Source: Octopus sinensis
Taxonomy: Eukaryota
Direction of reading: 5' to 3'
Length of the DNA: 64,000 nt
Assembly: GCF_006345805.1 (NCBI RefSeq)
Contig: NW_021832231.1
Coordinates: 62,001-126,000 of the forward strand
In this document: piece by piece, positions 25,401 through 36,866 of the stretch
Numbering within the stretch: position 1 is the stretch's first letter
Layout: each line of letters starts with the position of its first letter
Program-made: the position numbers and the translations under genes
The notes under the pieces: model-generated
Seen by the model: only the letters and a program-made list of their open reading frames with translations
What the model was told of the DNA's origin: nothing
Databases searched by the model: none

Positions 25401-26046
25401 GAGGACCTGGGACATTAAAATAAACATTTCGTTCAGTGTTTTTCCCTGCAAACAGCCGTGAATGACTGCCCGAGACATAATTTTGTCTGCCTCCTCCAGC
25501 GAATAGGCCAACGGAATTAATTCGCCAGTATTTTTCATAAAGTACACAAACTCACTTTCACCCACGTCCCCCGGAAGTTCGTCGACGGAGAGTGATATGA
25601 CTTGCTTCAAATATTCTTCTCTGACCACTTTCTGATGCTATGTTTATCCACAGAATACTTTTATCTGGTCTGGTTCCTCGTGTTCTGACCTCATTTCCCC
25701 CTCCGACATTTGTCGATATTCTGTAGACTCTGCGTCTGGCAATTTAGTTGGCGTATTTACCCTCTTGTTCGTTATTAGCGACGGATTCGGGTTGTTCCTC
25801 CACATCTGCAATTTATTATTGTGGAAACAGACCGACGACGTACTCCCTCACAGCGTTTGTCTCAGTCACCACGAAGAAAAGGATGGGCAATGCCGACTCG
25901 TTTTGTGTCTGACTAAAGAATTTGGATATTGCTCTCTCTGCCAAAGAGTCGTTCTCCTCCAGAAAGTCGGCAAAGACATCATCTTGCGATATATGATAGC
26001 AGTCGTAAATTATGTTTTTAATCCATTCCACTCTTTTGTCGTCCAT
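10452..26046 (-). CDS. DNAH10: Axonemal inner-arm dynein heavy chain 10 (I1/f alpha), about 70 tiny introns
   Basis: P-loops [32 protein letters not shown]; [34 protein letters not shown]; [20 protein letters not shown]; N-term MDDKRVEW; C-term [14 protein letters not shown]. Confidence 0.93.
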
Positions 26047-26054
26047 TTGAATGG

Positions 26055-26067
26055 GTTGCCAGGATAC
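26055..26067. promoter_or_regulatory. RFX X-box within 9 bp upstream of the DNAH10 start codon
   Basis: GTTGCC-AG-GATAC, 13-bp X-box form in front of a ciliary gene. Confidence 0.6.
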
Positions 26068-26217
26068 TGCCTACTGGACTGGGGGTTTGCCAGCAATCAC
26101 ATTCCCTACATTTAATTTATAAAAGATTCCAAAAATGCAACATTAAAGAACGCTTGACTAAATAGTGCGCCCAACAATATCAGAGAAATGTCTTAATTAG
26201 AACAAAAAGTGAGTTAA

Positions 26218-27513
26218 TTAATGTGGCTGAGTGATGAGTTCGTAAAGTCTTTCTGAAAGAGTAAGCACGGAGAGAGTACTCTTGTAGTACTCGGTCGACT
26301 TGGACTCGTCAATGTCGAAAGTCGACTCGAACTTGCAAGTGACGGGCTCGTCGCCTGGCTCGTGGAACTCGGCAAGAAAAGGGTGAGAGATCGCCTCCTC
26401 GGGGGTGATCCGGACGTCGACGTCAAACTGAAACATTTTCTCAAGCAAGTCGACGGCTGGGAGTGAAGGAAGACTACCTTCGTCCGACGCCTGAGAAAAG
26501 TACTCCTTAAAGTCGACTCTCGGATAAAACTTTTGCTTCATCATGAACTTCCTGGCCTCGACACTGGTCAGTTTGTCCACGAACTCTGCACTGGGAGTGC
26601 CCAGGAACTTGAGGATTTTCAAAAGTTGGTGAGTGTCTGGACTGACTAAACAGAGAATACGGCTTTTGCCCGGAAGATGACATGGCCGACGAGCATTTCC
26701 CCGAATATGCACCCAATGGACCAAATGTCGACTGGGTCAGATGGGGACATACCCGTGTGGTTGGGCTGCATCCAGTTGAGGATGATCTCGGGGGCACGGT
26801 ACCAGCGAGTGGCCACATAGCCCGTCTGCAGTCCCAAGTTGACCTTGCGGGCCAGTCCAAAGTCCATTATCTGGAATAGCAAAAGTGGTGACCTTGACTT
26901 CGCAGTTCTCCATGAGTCCGATGTTGCTGGGCTTGATGTCCTGGGACTAACAAAGGGGGATTACTCGGTGGATTATGCCGGCCGAGTGAATGTACTACAA
27001 GTAGAGGAAACAAGCACTTTAATGGCCCTGAGTAACTGGTAGAGAATGAAGCAGATCTGTTCGAGGTTGAGTTGCTGTGTTCGAAGGACGTTGTCGAGGT
27101 CACTGTCCATCAGGGGCATTGTGAGGTATCTGGGAATAGAGAGTGTCGCCTACATGTCGTCGAAGGAGTCGTAGGACGTGTTGGGGGTGAAAAAGTCGAG
27201 CAGTTCAATGACCTAAGATGAGGAGGCGACTACATGCATTCTCGTGCTTCATGTGCTTCATTATCATCAGTTCTCGACAGGCCCTCTTGGCGTGCATGCT
27301 CGTCGAAAACACACTTTTCAGTTTCTTGATGGCCCTGTACTTGTCCTCCGTTCGGTCGTACGCCCTGCTACACGTTGGCCACACACTCTACTAGACATTC
27401 CCGAATGCCCCGTGCCCGATCAGGCTCACTTGCTCGTACTTTGTGGGCATCTCCAGTGCAATCGACCCAACCTTTACGACGTGAAATCCGGGCTTCTTTG
27501 CATTACAAGACAT
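26218..27513 (-). CDS. p38: p38 MAP kinase
   Basis: IGHGAFGNV; [19 protein letters not shown]|VI; [10 protein letters not shown]|DIKPSN; [24 protein letters not shown] (TGY activation motif). Confidence 0.92.
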
Positions 27514-27589
27514 TATAAAATGTTCACAATTTATTTCCGGTTATTACTTTATAATAAAATAACTCAATAAACATTCTCAACCAAGCTTT

Positions 27590-29810
27590 AACCAAGATTA
27601 AGGAGTATTTTAATAATTAATTTGTTTAATTTGGAATATGGATATTGCTTTAAAAACTATACAATATGTTCGTAAAATTAGTCCTACTGTACAACTCCTC
27701 CTCTTGGGCACTCAGGAAATGGAAAATCTGAATTCCTTCCACAGAATGCAGCTGAAATACATCCTAGGAATCTTTTGGCCAAAACGCATTTCAAACAAAC
27801 ATCTCTACTCCAGGTACAATGCACACCCGTTGGACAAAGAAATAAGAAGTAATAGATGGGGCTTATTCGGTCACATCCTAAAAATGGACAGGAAAACTCC
27901 TGCAAATCTCGCAATGAAACACCACTACGCCCCACATCCGGGAACAAACTTCCGAGGAAGACCACGAATCACTCTACCAACCCTCCTGACCTAACTTTGA
28001 TTGGAAAAGGGCTGAAATCAGCAGACGATCTTGAGCACCTGAGGGAACTATCGAGGAACAGAGGGACTTGGAAGCGATTAACAAAACGCATCCAAGAGAG
28101 GGTGGCACAAGCGAGATAACTTTACTAACGTTATTTTGCGGTGTGCTTATTAATAATAATATTGCTTTAATTCAGGAGTCAAAGATTCGTGTTCCAAAAA
28201 GACCGAAAACTTAAAAAGGTGGAGGCCTCCTAACCATTATCAGATTAATGTTATGAACCTATCAAACAAGATATTGGCCATTATGGACATGGAAGATCCT
28301 TTAAAACAAATCAAAGTAAAAATAAGTTTGAGATCCTTCCGGGTGACGATATATATACCTCCTGCGTCTTCATGTTATAGAGGATACCGTCCTAAACTTG
28401 AAGATTTTACAAGATTGGAAAAAATATTAATGTGCGGGGATTTGAATGCAAAAAGCCCCCTATGGTATAAAAACCAACCATTAGACCAAAAAGGATCTAT
28501 TGGACAGCATTGACGATTTGTTAATTCTGAACGACCGGAACAAGAACTCCTTCCAGAAATGGTGACTCCCGAACGTCACCCGATATAACTCTAGCTGCCC
28601 AATCCATTGCCCAAACATTCACGTGGGACGTTATTTATGATTTACATACAGATCATAATCCAATACTCTTGAAAGTCCAAGGAGAACACAAGATGAATAG
28701 AACTTGTAATACTTTTATTAACTTCTTACTTGCGAATTGGCTTGGGTACACGTATTTTATTGAAGACTCCTTAATATCTTTCCGGGTAGAGAACTTTTCC
28801 TCGATAGATGCGGCTGTGGGATATATTAATGAAAATATTTTGCAAGCCCGAAAGAAGTTTATTTCAATGGGGAGATTCAAGTCTTTAGATAAATTCGACA
28901 TTGAAACGAGGGCCCTTTTAATTAAAAGAAACAAGCTAAAGAAAGCTATGGGCCAAACAACAGTCTTGAATACAGAAATCACAAATCTTAATAAAGTAAT
29001 AACCAACAGGATTACTAAGATGAACAGAGAAAAATGGGAGTCAACTGTGATGAACATAAACAGAAACACAAGAACATCGTCGTTATGGAAAACCTTACGG
29101 AAACTCAAAAAGATACCCAGCCACCATACACCATATGTCACCCCTGACACACTAGTAAAATTTTATGTTAGCATAAGCCACAAAACGTATTTTGAAAATG
29201 GAACATGAACCGAAACACAAAAGAAAAAATATTAATACAATGAATACTTCAAACCCTTGGATGTTTTTCATGTAATTAAATACATGAAAAATACAAGGTC
29301 AAGAGGAGCTGACGATATTTCAATTGATGAATTAAAACACTTTGGGCCGGTGGGAATCGAAGCCCTTACCCAAGTTTTTAATTACTCAGTAAACAAAAAT
29401 GAAATTCCGTCATTATGGAAAAAATCACTCATACACCCGATACCGAAAAAGGACAAATCTCTGAACGATCCACGGAGTTAATTCTCAACAAAATTACTCT
29501 TTTGTTAGAATTACCCAGTTTTCAAAATGGATTTAGAAGAGATCGTTAAACTTCTACATATCTTACGAAGTTGACTCAGTTCATCTCAGATGGACTGAAA
29601 TACTCAAAACCACATCAATCAAAACAACGATACCTCCCAAACGGGTTCCCACAAGGATCCCCCTTATCACCAATCCTGTTCAATTTATTTAAAGAGACCT
29701 CCCAAATCCAAAAAACGAAGATACAATCCTTTTATCATACGCTAACAATCTAATTATCGCAGCAAAACATCAAGATTACAAAAAAGCCACGCGGAAAGTT
29801 CAGGAAAATA
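27590..29810 (+). mobile_element. Decayed APE-RT LINE (Jockey/I-like ORF2), interrupted by an RTE-like 3' fragment
   Basis: DIALIQES (rejoined across the insertion), IYIPP, CGDLNAKSPLW, SPDITL, DH, SRGADDIS, WKKSLIHPIPK, GFPQGSPLSPILFN. Confidence 0.8.
27654..28158 (+). mobile_element. 5'-truncated RTE-like LINE with (TAA)n tail and 12-bp TSD
   Basis: RWGLFGHILKM..FRGRPRITLP..DDLEHLRELS..W; tail TAATAATAAT; TSD ATATTGCTTTAA at 27642-27653 and 28159-28170. Confidence 0.85.
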
Positions 29811-29879
29811 AACGGTGTTCCGACAAATCTTCAGGAAGGTCTACAAGTTGTTCCGATAAGCGGATTTCATTCTCAATTG

Positions 29880-30282
29880 TGTGGATAAAATAGGTGAACC
29901 ATTTTCTCTTTTAGCCGTGAAATTCACATGTATTAAACGCAAACTACTCGGACACCTACGTGTTCACTTTCCTGATTTTCTCAGCAGGCACAAATGCCCT
30001 CTCCAGCATTCGAAGATCACAAAATATGGATCCCTCTGTTTTGTCTCCTTGCCTTTGCGACCAGCAGTATCCTTTCTAAACGTTCGCGTGTGCTTTTTTG
30101 AGACACAAATCTTCTCTAAGACGTCCTCCGGGGCAATTTTTTTATTTAACCCAAAAATCACCAACAGTTAATTAGGGTAATTAATTAGGTGATTCCAACA
30201 ATCCTCAAGATCTTTCTCAGCTTTTCCCGATGTTGGAATCTGGACCCAACGCAAGAGCGGAACAGACGGGGAACAGTTTTCG
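29880..30282 (-). mobile_element. Probable LINE 5' end/ORF1 remnant, containing copy 2 of the 145-bp repeat
   Basis: 30137-30282 matches 8971-9114; minus-strand LLVIFGLNKKIAPEDVLEKI resembles an ORF1 start. Confidence 0.5.
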
Positions 30283-30399
30283 TATTGAACCGGGTTTATT
30301 TGTCTGTCGATTTAATAGTTTTAATATTGTTTTATTTAATAGTGTGGTTTTTCAAAAAATGGATTGATTTATAGACTGAAGAATACACTTTCATTAATT

Positions 30400-31635
30400 A
30401 TGCCTTCGGAAGATGGGGACGTAGGAGTACTAATCGAGGAGTGGAAAGTGCCCTTGGGGAGTGTGATCGACCAGGACACTCTAGCCAAAATGAGGTCAAA
30501 AAATACAAGGTAATTAGGACAACAAACAATGCAGGAAATATTACAAAACTCAGAACGTCCTAATGCGGGCAATTTTAAAGGTCGAAGGGAGTGATCCGAC
30601 AAACACGGAGGTAAGGACAAGCGAGGACATGTGGATTTGTGGGATATTCCTCCTGAACATGGTAGTGGTGGTAATATTCCCAGCTGCTCCTGTCGGGGAA
30701 AGTAGTGGCCACATTCCTGAGTGGGTCTCTGGCCGTGCTGTCGAGCACAATGGACAGTGTTGTCGACATTCTGGCCCTGCTTGTCGTGTTTGTGACCAAC
30801 TGGCTCAAACGAAAGAAAGACCGGCGACAATACCCCTTCGGTCACCACCCCCGCGGGAGACTTAGGGAGACGGTCGGTGGGGACGGTGGGGCACCTGATC
30901 ATGTCGGTGTCGATGACTGTGGTCTCCCTCCAAGTCATCTTTGAGTCCATCAAGGCGCTGTTTTCGGGGAAAATAGAAATTGAACTGGACGCAGTGTCGA
31001 TCGGAATTTTATCGGCCACGATTGGTAGATTATCAGCACATGTGTGATTAGTCTCAAAGGCAGTCCTCTTTCTCCTCCTTTTCGGGAAGAAGACTCCCCC
31101 CTTCAGGACGATTCACAAGGACAGCTTCAACGACGTCCTCAGCAACTCGTTTACTTTGATTTGTGTGTTCGCTGGTCAGTCGATGTGAATGAGTTGTAGT
31201 CACCCAAGGAGTCCGCAACTGGAGCCCCAACTGGAAGTATTTGGACCCCCTGGTGGCCATTGCCCTGTCCTCCTACATTGTGGTGGGGTGGGTCCTCGTC
31301 TCTCTCGGTCTGCAGTGTTGCCCATTTAAGATTTGGGGAGGAGACTGAGTGGAGTGACCGCGGACCCTCACTTCATCCAGCGACTGGCCTGGGTGTGTCT
31401 CAACCACCATCGGGACATAATCAGCATTGACACGATCCGCGGAATCCACTTTGGGGACAATCTGATTGCGGACGTGCACATTGTCCTGCCCCCTTCCATG
31501 GCACTCAGCACAGCCCACGACATTGGCGAGTCACTCCAACTCAAACTCGAACGGTTCGAAGATGTCCAAATGGCCTTTGTGCACCTCGACTACGAGTCCG
31601 ACCACCATCCGTCCGTCGAACATGTGTTTAAATGA
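30400..31635 (+). CDS. Cation diffusion facilitator, Mn-CDF/MTP8-11-like metal tolerance protein
   Basis: SGSLAVLSSTMDSVVDIL; YPFG; DSFNDV; YLDPLVAI; IDTIRGIHFG..DVHIVLP..AHDIGESLQLKLE..AFVHLDYE..EH. Confidence 0.88.
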
Positions 31636-31677
31636 TAGTTGTATCTTTTATTCAAAATTGTGTTTTATTTGTATAAA

Positions 31678-31935
31678 ATGTCTGGTGGTGGTGCGGATGC
31701 CGAGTTGCTGCAATTCGTGCAGGCCGAGAAGGCAAAGGCCGAGTTGTTAGAGCAGGTGAGGATGGTGATGAATACGCAGATTAACGTCCTCTGCGGGAAG
31801 TGTTGGGACATGTGCGTGGACAAAGTGGATCGACCACTCTCGGCCGGCAACAACAACTGTCTGAAGGACTGTGCCACCAACTTTGTCAACTCTACCCTAC
31901 TCATTGCCCAACGATTGGTCAATAACACTAAATAA
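31678..31935 (+). CDS. TIMM8: Mitochondrial import inner membrane translocase subunit Tim8
   Basis: DAELLQFVQAEKAKA..KCWDMCVDK..NCLKDCATNFVNSTLLIAQR (twin CX3C); one in-frame 24-nt intron. Confidence 0.9.
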   Translation: MSGGGADAELLQFVQAEKAKAELLEQVRMVMNTQINVLCGKCWDMCVDKVDRPLSAGNNNCLKDCATNFVNSTLLIAQRLVNNTK

Positions 31936-31949
31936 CATTTAACACAATT

Positions 31950-32961
31950 TGTCAGTCGAAAAGAGAACAAACCCGGGAGAGAGTACTGGCCATACTCCTC
32001 TGCAGGGATAAGGGCGGACAGTACTCTTGTATATACTGAATGTTATGTTGTCGCACACATTCAACTCGTCCCCCCACACATTCCACTGCAGACACGGCCG
32101 CTGGGAGTCATCAACACTCCTCACCCACAAATCATCTCCGAATTTGAGTTGGCAGACGTGCACGACTTGGGTGGCCACCACATTCCTGGTCATACATACT
32201 CGTCGAAAGTGTAGACCCACACGGCTGCTGATGTGGCAATGCCCAGTGCGTGGTAGTGTCTCCCGTTGTTGGGGGCAAACACAGAGGGGGCGAGTCGGGC
32301 AGTTCAAACACTCTTTTGCGATTGCCTCCCAAATCTGTGAGGACGACCGACCCACATTCGTCCCCACCCACAGCCACTGCCAGCAGAGGGGGGAACATTC
32401 TTAAATAGGCAGCCCAAGGAACCTCGAGTTACTCCAGGAGAGTGAGCGAGAGGGAGCCTGTAGGTCGATGGAGTGGAGAACAACCCAACTGTCGAGGAAG
32501 GCAATGTTATTGCTCATCATAACATTAACCAGCCCGTCAATACTCAGACCGGCCTCACACTTACGACTGCCCACAAACCAGTGTCAGGTCGTAGGGGGAG
32601 AACTTGGTGCAAATGACTGACTTGTTCCAGTGCCCCAGTCGACAGCAGACCCTCCAAACTCGGGTAGTCTGCCTTGGGGGAAGGAGGTGACCTTTTTCCT
32701 GGAAAATAAAGACTTTGAAGTCTGAGGCGCCCGAGGCAATGACACTGCCAACAGGCTGTGAGGACGCGGCCATTGTGGTGCTGGGAGTGGGGGAGGCTTA
32801 GTAACCCGCAGTGTGGCACTGCATCTCCACGTATCGCCTGTCCTATCCCAAACCTTGACCGACGAATCACTGGAACATGTCAGCATTCGCGTGCTGTTGA
32901 AATTGAGGGCAATTGAATTGATCACATCTTCGTGCCCGGATTTCACTTGCGTACAAGGCAT
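31950..32961 (-). CDS. SEH1L: Nucleoporin Seh1 (WD40), divergent; 3' end approximate
   Basis: HEDVINSIALNFNSTRMLTCSSDSSVKVWD..WRCSATLR resembles Seh1 [38 protein letters not shown]. Confidence 0.75.
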
Positions 32962-33086
32962 TATTATTCTTTCCAATATATTTAATACATTTCCTGGAGT
33001 GGGACGAGGAATGGCTTTTTAGCCTCTCACAGTACAGTTATAATTAATAAAGTAAATAGTTTAAATAAATAAGTGTTGTTAGTTGA

Positions 33087-34478
33087 ATGGAGGACGAAGA
33101 ACAGTTCAACGACACAGTGCGTGAATATGTGGTGGTTTCCCAGTGTGACCCTCCTAGGTTGTCTTCCTAATGTGGATCACCGTCTACCTCGCCTCCTTCT
33201 ACACCATCGGGAGATATCGCACAAGTCTGAAAGTGCTCTACAGGACGGATGACCGAGTGACCCACTACTTGACGTACTATTGTGTCCCTCCTTCAGTTTC
33301 TCCATCTGCTCACTCGTCCTCTCCTTCGTCCTGACCAGCACTCTCCTCCTCCCCCTCTCCATTCTCAACCACGAGATCACTCACAAATACCCCTCCTTCC
33401 CCACTCTCAGCTGTTCCCTCATCAATTGTAGTCGACTGACTCCACTCTCTAGGTTTGTGGTACTTTGTGTCCTCCACTGTGGGGGTGCCCTACCTTCTCC
33501 TCATTCCATACTTCCTCCTCGAGTCGGCCCGATTCCGCGGACCATTCAGAGTAAGGACTACTCCACATTGCAGGGCATCCTCGGGAGGGTGAGTGAGGCC
33601 GTCTGCGTGCTGTGCCTCCTCGGTTTGGTCCTTCTCCACATTGCTTTCATTGTGCAGGACCGATATTCCAAACACTACTTCTCTCACCTCTACGAACAGT
33701 TTTATTCCATTTTGTGTCTTCTCGGAGTCGGTTTCCACCTGTGTAAGTCACCTCGGCTTGTTGTAGTCTGCGCTCCCCGAGGACTGTCCTCCCTCATGCC
33801 ATTTCACACGCGACGGACAGTCCGATTGCTTTATTTCACTTATTTCGTTTATTCCGCGTTTGGGAGTGTCCGTGATGGAGACATGACTGTAATCCTCCAT
33901 TCTGATTGACAGGGGGATCCCTCCAAACTCGGCCCTTTGGTGGATGTGGGAATGATTTCGTACGCTTATTCGGTCATTTTAGAATATTCACTGCGTCCTC
34001 CTTCTACGGCTTATACAAACTTCCCATTCTCGGCCAGTATTTGCGACTAAGGAGAAATGCCACTTCCGCCTCCCGTCTTGTCCTCAATTGCCTCTTCTTG
34101 GTGCTCCTGTCCTCCTCCCTCCCTCTCTCCGCCAGGATTATTGGTTTCTGGTCCTGTTTTAATGCAGGAATGACCAGACTTGGACTCGGAGGATGCTTCT
34201 CTGCCCTATCTTGGCCGAAGAATGGAAATGTGTTGTTTGTGTACAATTTTGTGTTTGTCTGTGCTTTGTGGTGTTCGCTTGGAGTTTGGGACTGCTTTCG
34301 TGTTTTGGGGGTGTGTATTGCAGGGCTGAGTTGGACTGCCAAATCGAGAGATTGTGCACGCCTCTTTTTTTTGGTTGTCTGGATATCCGCATTGGCCTGT
34401 TTATTGTGGGCGGACATGCCAGTCAGTTATTCCACTACGCTCACTCTCGCGGGATTCCTCAGTCTGTCCCATACTTGA
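33087..34478 (+). CDS. LMBR1: LMBR1/LMBR1L (limb region 1) membrane protein; 3' end approximate
   Basis: EEQFNDTVREYV; LLLPLSILNHEI; PYFLLES..F.G; LNCLFLVLLSSSLPLSARIIG|MTRL.L.G.F..LSW..N..VLFVYN. Confidence 0.78.
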
Positions 34479-34624
34479 TTTATACTGTGAATAATATATT
34501 TATTCTTTGTCGCCACTTTGTTTACTCGTGTATCTGTCCAAGTCCTTCCTTATTTTGCCATTTAATGGGTATTTCGGGGAAAGTATTCTAGTGAGGTTGG
34601 CCTGACTGATTTTATTTTATTCCA

Positions 34625-34696
34625 CACTTCTCTAACCAACCATTTAGTCCTATCCAGTGCATAGAAGCAACTAAGAATGAGTTGGTTAGAGAAGTG
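34625..34696. repeat. 72-nt hairpin (16-bp perfect inverted repeat plus imperfect inner stem)
   Basis: CACTTCTCTAACCAAC (34625-34640) pairs with GTTGGTTAGAGAAGTG (34681-34696); inner CATT..TAGT/ACTAAGAATG and CTAT/ATAG extend the stem. Confidence 0.8.
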
Positions 34697-34996
34697 ACAA
34701 TTGAGTAAAGGGCATAGAATGAACAATGATAATTAACACTCGATTCCAATAAATGATTTAATTTTGGATAGTTGCAGATAAGGATTTAAGGATAGTTGCA
34801 GATAATTAGTGATGTCTAATCCTCTTAAATAAATCGGGTTAGTTTTCCATTGTCACATCCGCTATTAAATATCCTTGTTATAAATTAAGTGAAATATATT
34901 AATGACAAAAAATGTTTTAAAAATAAAGTTTAATAAAAATTGTTAGAATATAAATTATTAATGAATCAATTATGTTGAGGTTTATTTTAACTGTTG

Positions 34997-36759
34997 ATGT
35001 GCGATCCGGACACTAACTCTCGATCCGTAAAATTCTCAGCAGTATTGACGACCACCATAAACTACTTGGACGAACCTCCGAACCTCTTCTCCACCTGTAT
35101 CCCCCAATCCTAACATCCCAGCAAATTCCACCGAAATAATCGAGAACTACAAAAAGTCCTCCATCCAATACTCGTGCAAGCCAATCCCGACAGTCCTCAA
35201 CCAACTCTCCGTGAGTGCACTCCTCCCTTAACTCCACAGGCCATGACTTTGAACGACGACCGATTTGAGTGTCTCAACCTGGCAAGTAAGACCGCCCGTC
35301 GAGGTAGATTTGCGTCTCCACTTCAACCAATGTGAGGCACTCGAGGAGGTGTTTCGACGGGCGAGGTTCCGCTCTCTGATTCTCGACGGGGTCACATTTG
35401 ACGAGGAGGTAAGACCCCCCTCTTACGACAGGGGGCCATTTCACTCTTCGAAATAATCAAGTACTACGATTCCGCCCTCAAAATATCGCTCTGCTCGGCG
35501 AAGGGGTTGGGGATTCGTGCGTGGGGGGGACTGATGAAGATGTTGAGAGGAGTAAGCGAGTGTGGTCAGCCCAGACGTCCTGCCTCTGCCAACTCAGTCT
35601 GAATGGAGTGAATTTGGACGGAGGGGGACTGGTGTATTTGTCCAAGTCCTTCCGTTGTGGGGCGGAGGTGAGTGTCCTTCGACTGGAGAACACAAACATG
35701 AACGGCCCCAACCTGAACGAGCTGGGTTGTCCCCCCCCGACATGGCAGTGAATGGACTCCGCAATAACACGGCCATCAGAGAGTTGTATTTGGGACGGAA
35801 TAATATTGGACTGGACGACGTGGCCTATCTCCGCTACATGCTCGCTGGGCAGTGTCGACTGAGACTGATTGACTTGGCCAACAATGACCTGCGAGTGAGG
35901 GTGTTCCTCATTCCAAGGACTCGGGCTTCATCTCCCTCCTCAACGCTAACATGGGGTACCTCGCACACCTCCATGTCTCCAAAAATGCAATCACTGCCAA
36001 GTCGATGGCCACCCTCGCTGGTTTTATGGTTGTGTTGTCGATGAGTGTGTTCTTAGACCACTTGTCGTCTAAAGTGTGTTGTCCTCAGCAACAATCCCAT
36101 CGGGGACGAGGGAATGGCAGTCCTCAAGCCTGGGTTGTTCAAATGTGGGCGACTGGTCCGTCTGGAACTGCGGAATTGTGGGCAGACGTCGGAGGGTAGT
36201 TGACTACTCATTTGCAGGCGTGATTGCCCTCTCTGAGTACTTGGCCGAGTCGAGGACAATTTCCCAGATTGATTTGAGAGGCAACAACCTCAAGACGGCT
36301 GCCTTCTTTGCTTTGGTGTGTTCTCTCCGTCTGAATCGGTCTCTCCACCAACTGCTGGTCGACTCCTTCCCTCCCAATGTACATATGTCCCCCAATTTGC
36401 AGATATTGGAGATGGAGGAGGCTGCGGCGGCGGCCAACCTAATCGAGGGGATGTTGGAGAGGAACAGAAGTGACCCGAAGAAAGAGGAGACGACGTCAAT
36501 ATTGAGTTACGAGACGAGCAGTGTGTTGGAGTATTCGGGAGCACTGGCTGCTGTGGTGAGTGTGTGTTTGTATACTCAGACATCGACTGGCAATTTTATA
36601 GTCGCGGCCTCCTCCAAAGTGTTCAGATCGTAGTGATTGGGTGTGATGTGTAGTATTAAGGGGCTCCTCTTCGGCAGAAAGTCCACTTTGGCTGACGAGG
36701 ATTCTCTGGAGACTGCGTCGGTGGACATGTTGTTGCAGGATGTCATCTCCGAAGAGTGA
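34997..36759 (+). CDS. PPP1R37: Protein phosphatase 1 regulatory subunit 37 (LRRC68)
   Basis: RSVKF PP1-docking motif; CEALEEVFRR..DEE|GAISLFEIIKYYDSA; RI-type LRRs (LRLENT, IRELYLGRN, LIDLANN, IDLRGN). Confidence 0.85.
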
Positions 36760-36866
36760 TCACTTTTTATATATTTTTAAACCCTTAATAACTCTTACTT
36801 TAAAGTCAGTAAAGGCTAGCGGGTTTGGTTAATAATAAAGTATTGATTATACACGTTATTGTGGTG

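Noticed and set aside
10452-26046. Alternative genetic code or programmed frameshifting to explain the fragmented ORFs
   Set aside because: Every stop or frame change examined falls in a 22-31-nt G(T/C)..AG segment whose removal restores conserved sequence under the standard code.
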